DNA from: Methanothermus fervidus DSM 2088
Lineage (GTDB): Archaea; Methanobacteriota; Methanobacteria; DSM-2088; Methanothermaceae
Length of the DNA: 32,000 nt
Direction of reading: 5' to 3'
Assembly: GCA_000166095.1 (NCBI GenBank)
Contig: CP002278.1
Location: 30,001 to 62,000 of the forward strand
The translations under genes were made by a program, and so were the position numbers. How positions within the stretch are numbered: position 1 is the stretch's first letter; every line of letters starts with the position of its first letter. The notes below the pieces were generated by a model. The model made no database searches. It was not told the DNA's origin and was given only the letters and a program-made list of their open reading frames with translations. This document shows positions 27,899 to 32,000 of the stretch, in pieces.

Positions 27899-28885
27899 AT
27901 GGTATTTGTTGGTATGGATCATGGTACAACTGGTATTTCTTTTGCTATTTTAAATTTTGATGAATTTAAATATTTTAAATTACGTAGAGATTTACTTTCA
28001 AAAGGTAAAATTTCGGCATTGGAAGAACTTTCAAAAAGAGTAGATTTAGATGAAATAAAATTAATGGCAGTCACATATGCTATGGGTGATGGAATAAATA
28101 AAATTCAATCATTAGATAAAGTTGAAAATCGTGGCATATTATCAATTAAAGGTGCAGGAAAAGTAACTGGTGGTGGAACAAAAGTATTTGATGAAATAAA
28201 AAATTCTAAGATACCTGCAATATTGATACCAGGTATTCATCGAAGGCTCCCATGCTTAGATGAAAGATTTAAAGCTGCATATTCTCATCATGCAAGCGCA
28301 GAAAAAGTTAGTATTTGTTATAATGCATATCTAGAGACTGGTTGGAAAAACATGATTGTCAGCGATATAAGTTCTAACACTGTCAGTATATTATTACAAG
28401 ATGGTAAGATAAAGGGTGGAATAGATGCATGTCTAGGTGCTATGGGTGTAATTCATGGCCCTTTAGATCTTGAAATGATTCGTAAAATCGATAGTGGAAT
28501 TAAAACTGCCAATGAATGTTTTTCGCAAGCTGGTGCAATTAAAATAGCAAAAATAAATACAAAAGTGTATCTTGCAAAAGATGAATTATGGAAAAGATTT
28601 AAAAAAGGCGATAAAAGAGCAAAATTAGCAATTGAAACGATGAAGATGACAATTGAAATGGAAATACATGGATTAGCAGGAATATCTGATGAACTAGATG
28701 GAATAGTGTTGACAGGTTCTATGGTTGATTACAAAGAATTCTATAATTCTTTAAAAGATAAATTAAATGATTTAGCACCTGTAAAAAGGCTTTCAGCAGC
28801 CTCAGGTTGTGTAGGTAGTGCTCAAATAGCAAGAGATGTTTACAATGGAAAGAGAAATATATTAGGTATAGAAGTTGATCTCTAA
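27899..28885 (+). CDS. ASKHA-like protein resembling methanogenesis marker protein 12 (UPF0285 family); function unknown
   Basis: The N-terminal FVGMDHGTTGISF resembles the DxGTT phosphate-1 loop of the ASKHA/BadF-type ATPase fold, and a later GIVLTGSM segment is present. The family assignment is from memory of the UPF0285/marker-12 N-terminus and of its position next to ilvC in Methanothermobacter. It has not been verified by search. Confidence 0.55.
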   Translation: MVFVGMDHGTTGISFAILNFDEFKYFKLRRDLLSKGKISALEELSKRVDLDEIKLMAVTYAMGDGINKIQSLDKVENRGILSIKGAGKVTGGGTKVFDEIKNSKIPAILIPGIHRRLPCLDERFKAAYSHHASAEKVSICYNAYLETGWKNMIVSDISSNTVSILLQDGKIKGGIDACLGAMGVIHGPLDLEMIRKIDSGIKTANECFSQAGAIKIAKINTKVYLAKDELWKRFKKGDKRAKLAIETMKMTIEMEIHGLAGISDELDGIVLTGSMVDYKEFYNSLKDKLNDLAPVKRLSAASGCVGSAQIARDVYNGKRNILGIEVDL

Positions 28886-29079
28886 TCTGGTTTTGATATT
28901 AACATCACTTTACTACCTTTGATAAATTGTATACCTTCCTCTGTCTCTATAACTGTATTAAAGTAATTATCTATTGCAATTATTCTTCCTTTCATTTCTT
29001 CATTATTTTTAAGAATTATTAAAACTTCTTTATCTTTAAATTTTAAAAATTTAGGATCAACATAAAATTCGTTTTCCAT
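28882..29079 (-). CDS. Sm-like (LSm) archaeal protein, short divergent form
   Basis: Sm1-like GRIIAIDNYFN (G-x-hydrophobic-x3-D-x2-hydrophobic-N) preceded by VLIILKNNEEMKG, and Sm2-like FIKGSKVMLI. An AAGGTG SD lies 7 nt upstream. Its stop codon overlaps the stop of the convergent gene. Confidence 0.6.
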   Translation of the reverse strand: MENEFYVDPKFLKFKDKEVLIILKNNEEMKGRIIAIDNYFNTVIETEEGIQFIKGSKVMLISKPD

Positions 29080-29101
29080 ATTTTTACACCTTTTAGGCAG
29101 A

Positions 29102-29890
29102 TTATTTCAATTGTATTAATACGGAAGTATTATTAACTTTTCCTGATGGTAATATAAGGCCTTTTTTTACAAACCCTTTAGTATATTCTTCCTTGACTGG
29201 TGAATAGAGAATTGCACGCATGCCTGTGTATGTCCTATAAATTATCCTTGTTTTCGGACTTACATATTTTTTTACATTTTTAAAAACTCTTTTTTTAGGT
29301 TCTGCAAGAGCAGCTATTATTACGATGTCAAAGTTTAGATTTTTTAATGCAGTTTCATCACCACATACTACTTTTATTTCATTGCTAAGACCTAATTTCT
29401 CAAGAACTTTTTTAGATTTTTCAGCTAATTTTGGAACTATTTCTATACTAACACCTTTCATCGAAAATAACTTATTTGTCAAAATAAGTGTTAGAGGTAA
29501 AGGACCTCCACCTATAAACACAATTCTATCATCTGAATTGTATTTTGCAAGCATTGCTTCATTTTGTACTAATTTCACATACCTATCATAAAAATAAAAT
29601 GATTTCAATGTTTTCCAAGGGTCATCAGAATTAATAACCTTTTCAGCATGCTCAATTTCCATTTGGACACTCATTTTGTTGTAAAAATTATAGATAACAT
29701 TTAAAGCCTTAGACATGAATTTATTTTTAAATATATGTTGTGCTTCATCAAAACTAATTGTATTGTCATGTGCTATTTTCTCTAGAGATTTTAAAATTGA
29801 AAATCTAACGTCTTTAGGTACATTCCCATTATATTTTTTTATAGTATCTGCAATTTCAAGTATTTTACCCCAATATTTATAACATGTCAC
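29102..29890 (-). CDS. Nicotianamine synthase-like protein (archaeal NAS family)
   Basis: NAS-family blocks FYFYDRYVKL, RIVFIGGGPLPLTLIL (compare GSGPLPLTS), DIVIIAALAEPKK, RTYTGMRAILYSPV and VNNTSVLI. At 262 aa it is close to the archaeal NAS size. The GTG start abuts the upstream stop, with GAGGAG 7 nt upstream. Confidence 0.8.
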   Translation of the reverse strand: MTCYKYWGKILEIADTIKKYNGNVPKDVRFSILKSLEKIAHDNTISFDEAQHIFKNKFMSKALNVIYNFYNKMSVQMEIEHAEKVINSDDPWKTLKSFYFYDRYVKLVQNEAMLAKYNSDDRIVFIGGGPLPLTLILTNKLFSMKGVSIEIVPKLAEKSKKVLEKLGLSNEIKVVCGDETALKNLNFDIVIIAALAEPKKRVFKNVKKYVSPKTRIIYRTYTGMRAILYSPVKEEYTKGFVKKGLILPSGKVNNTSVLIQLK

Positions 29891-30184
29891 CTAAATCTCC
29901 TCAAATCCATGTTTTCTAACATATTTATCAATTTCTTTATAGACATGTTTTATTGCATTATCAATAATTGTTTTTGGATCATGCCTTGAAATTGGATTTA
30001 AATAAAGTTCTGCATCCACATTGATATCTAATGTTTTTCCATGTTTAACATCAACATTTATTTGAAAATCAAGAATTTCTTTTTTAGGAACTTTTTTCAT
30101 TATATAACCCTGCACAGAATCTGAAATAAATTCTGCAATCTTCTCTATTTCTTTGTTACTGATTTTTAATTTTCGGTGTTCCAT
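29891..30184 (-). CDS. Hypothetical 97-aa soluble protein, no family recognised
   Basis: Intact ORF in the gap-free operon, 10 nt after the permease stop. Its stop abuts the NAS start. It is K/E/I-rich with no TM segment, no Cys, and five scattered His. That it is coding is inferred from operon packing only. Confidence 0.55.
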   Translation of the reverse strand: MEHRKLKISNKEIEKIAEFISDSVQGYIMKKVPKKEILDFQINVDVKHGKTLDINVDAELYLNPISRHDPKTIIDNAIKHVYKEIDKYVRKHGFEEI

Positions 30185-30194
30185 GTTTTAAAAT

Positions 30195-30992
30195 TTATTT
30201 TTCCTTAGTAATATGTGTAATTATAAATAATATAGCTAATACTAAAACTATTGTTGCTCCAGAAGACAAGTTAAGTAAGTATGATAGTTCTAGTCCGATA
30301 AGTGAAGAAATTATTGCAATAAAGGCTGCTATTTTCATCATTGATTCTATTCTTGAAGTATATTTCTTACCTATTGCTGCAGGAATCGTTAGTAGTGCTA
30401 TCGTTAAAATTATACCCATAGCTTTTATAATCATTATTATGCTTATTGCCACAAGGTTCAAAAGAAATAAATAAAATATTGTTGTAGGAACTCCCAAAGC
30501 TTCTGCATATTCTTCATCAAAAGATATAGCTGTAAATTCTTTATTAAATAAAAAGACAGTTGTTAAAATTATTGTATCAAGTATTGTCATTAAAATTAAG
30601 TCTGATTTACTAATCATTAAAATATTTCCAAAAAGATATGTAAAGAGTCCTGATACATAACCGGGTGTTAAATTTACAAATAATATTCCAATTGCCATTC
30701 CAACTGCCCATAATATCCCAATTACGACATCTTCACTAACATCGCTTTTTTCAACAATTATGCCCATCATTGTTGCTAATACTGAAGTAAAAGGTAAAGA
30801 AGTTAATATTGGATTTAAATTTAAAAAATAACCCAGCCCAATTCCTCCAAATGCTGCATGTGATATTCCACCAGCAATAAAAACTATCCTTTTAACAACT
30901 ACATAAGTTCCTATAATTCCACATGCGATTCCAGCTAAAAATGCACCAATTATTGCATTTTGCATAAATTGACATTGTATGACACTGAACAT
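30195..30992 (-). CDS. Metal (Zn/Mn/Fe-type) ABC transporter permease, ABC-3 family
   Basis: 265 aa, almost entirely hydrophobic with multiple TM segments. It looks like a ZnuB/MntB/TroC-type permease and sits between the ATPase gene and the rest of the operon. Metal specificity cannot be determined. Confidence 0.8.
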   Translation of the reverse strand: MFSVIQCQFMQNAIIGAFLAGIACGIIGTYVVVKRIVFIAGGISHAAFGGIGLGYFLNLNPILTSLPFTSVLATMMGIIVEKSDVSEDVVIGILWAVGMAIGILFVNLTPGYVSGLFTYLFGNILMISKSDLILMTILDTIILTTVFLFNKEFTAISFDEEYAEALGVPTTIFYLFLLNLVAISIIMIIKAMGIILTIALLTIPAAIGKKYTSRIESMMKIAAFIAIISSLIGLELSYLLNLSSGATIVLVLAILFIITHITKEK

Positions 30993-31004
30993 CTTATATA
31001 CCGC

Positions 31005-31754
31005 CTAATGTTTTTTGGAAATTTCATGAGGAACTTCATGAAAAACAATGTTAACAGGGCACTTGTAAAGTTCTTCAATACTTTTTAATACTTCTTTAGG
31101 ATCATCATGTACGAAAATCCTTCTGTTGAGGCATGCAATTTTCTTAACATGTTTTGAAACTACACCCACATCATGAGAAACGAGTATTATCGTCATTTTT
31201 CTATTTATTTTATTTAATAACTTATAAAACGAATTTCTAGTTCCAGGATCAATACTAGCTGTTGGTTCATCTAATAACAATAATTTAGGTTCCCTAACAA
31301 GAGCTCTAGCTAGAAATACTCTTTGTATTTGTCCACCAGATAAATCGTTTATATTTTTGTCTCTTAAGTTCCATACACCTAATTTTTTAAGCCATTTTTC
31401 TACAGTTTTAATATCTTTTTCTGAATATCTTTTTAAAGGACCAGGATAACGACCCATTAGTACAGTTTCAAAAACTGTTATTGGGAAATCATAATTATAA
31501 TGAGTAATTTGAGGCATATAACCAATATTTTTTCTTGCTAATTCAGGTGGCTTGCCAAATACTTTTACAACGCCTTTACATGGTTTTATTAGTCCTACTA
31601 TTAATTTTAATAAAGTTGTTTTTCCACCACCATTAGGTCCAATTATTGCTAAAAAATCATTTTTTTCTACCTTTAAATTTATATTTTCTAGCACGATTTT
31701 ACCACTAATCTCATAATACACATTTTTCATCTCTACTACTGTTGAATTATTCAT
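31005..31754 (-). CDS. Metal ABC transporter ATP-binding protein (ZnuC/MntA/TroB-like)
   Basis: Walker A GPNGGGKTT, Q-loop GYMPQ, signature LSGGQIQRV, Walker B LLLLDEP, H-loop VSHD. Confidence 0.85.
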   Translation of the reverse strand: MNNSTVVEMKNVYYEISGKIVLENINLKVEKNDFLAIIGPNGGGKTTLLKLIVGLIKPCKGVVKVFGKPPELARKNIGYMPQITHYNYDFPITVFETVLMGRYPGPLKRYSEKDIKTVEKWLKKLGVWNLRDKNINDLSGGQIQRVFLARALVREPKLLLLDEPTASIDPGTRNSFYKLLNKINRKMTIILVSHDVGVVSKHVKKIACLNRRIFVHDDPKEVLKSIEELYKCPVNIVFHEVPHEISKKH

Positions 31755-32000
31755 GTTTTAATGCCTCTAAAACTTTGTACATATTTTCTACATAATTTTC
31801 TGCTAAAGGGTCTATAACAATAATTTTAGCTCCAATTTCTTTTGCTATAACTTTAGAATTTTCTTTGTTTGTTAATGGTGTAATAAAGATTGTCTTTATT
31901 TGGTATCTTTTCGCTTCATTTATTATTTCTTTAATAGTTTCCGGATTAGGTTCTTTTCCTTCTTTTTCAATAGCTATTTGCTTTAATCCATAATCGTGAC
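31747..32000 (-). CDS. Metal-binding periplasmic/extracellular solute-binding protein (TroA/ZnuA cluster A-I), C-terminal part only
   Basis: Not in the ORF track because it is edge-truncated. My - strand translation is stop-free: HDYGLKQIAIEKEGKEPNPETIKEIINEAKRYQIKTIFITPLTNKENSKVIAKEIGAKIIVIDPLAENYVENMYKVLEALKHE*. It matches the C-terminal lobe pattern of ZnuA/TroA proteins. The stop TAA (31749-31747) overlaps the ATPase ATG by 8 nt. Confidence 0.65.
   Translation of the reverse strand, partial: HDYGLKQIAIEKEGKEPNPETIKEIINEAKRYQIKTIFITPLTNKENSKVIAKEIGAKIIVIDPLAENYVENMYKVLEALKHE

Noticed and set aside
1-32000. CRISPR arrays, IS elements/transposases, integrases, tRNA/rRNA genes, toxin-antitoxin pairs, restriction-modification or other recognisable defence systems. 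Also in-frame TGA/TAG recoding (Sec/Pyl), frameshifted pseudogenes, and additional inteins.
   Set aside because: I noticed no direct-repeat/spacer periodicity, no terminal inverted repeats, and no transposase or integrase motifs. All long ORFs are intact, with uninterrupted conserved motifs except the single mcm intein. Intergenic space is too small to hide such elements. This is a by-eye scan, so short or degenerate repeats could have been missed.

Overview
AT-rich, very gene-dense archaeal chromosome segment of methanogen type. It carries archaeal MCM, aIF2-beta, Taw1/TYW1, a Thg1-like protein and a gene resembling methanogenesis marker 12. Gene order recalls Methanobacteriales, but I cannot verify the taxon. 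I support 34 protein-coding genes (two cut by the window edges), one intein inside mcm, one candidate structured RNA leader with its promoter, one bidirectional oligo-T terminator and one compact divergent promoter region. Blocks: (i) 1-8959 is one co-directional minus-strand array: korDABG, sucC, an HTH/cupin regulator, an acyl-CoA synthetase, a Ski2-like helicase and a trypsin-like protease. (ii) taw1 lies divergent from a peroxiredoxin/superoxide-reductase pair. (iii) A TRAM-domain gene is preceded by a long GC-rich, highly self-complementary leader. (iv) A PRC-barrel/nadX/Thg1-like/JAMM operon has overlapping or abutting codons. (v) mcm (with a 400-aa intein) is followed by aIF2-beta. (vi) kdpABC has no visible kdp regulator. 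(vii) argF, purD and ilvBNC are followed by the marker-12-like gene. (viii) An Sm-like gene sits next to a metal ABC-importer operon that ends in an unassigned 97-aa ORF and a nicotianamine-synthase-like gene. I saw no rRNA, tRNA, CRISPR array, IS/transposon or prophage signature. Most of the window is housekeeping. The items most worth a second look are the NAS-like/metal-importer locus (a candidate archaeal metallophore system), the TRAM leader with an anti-SD pairing, the two-Cys-cluster helicase and downstream protease, and the unexplained four-gene coupling around the Thg1-like and JAMM genes. All functional calls rest on motif recognition by eye; no database search or folding computation could be run.
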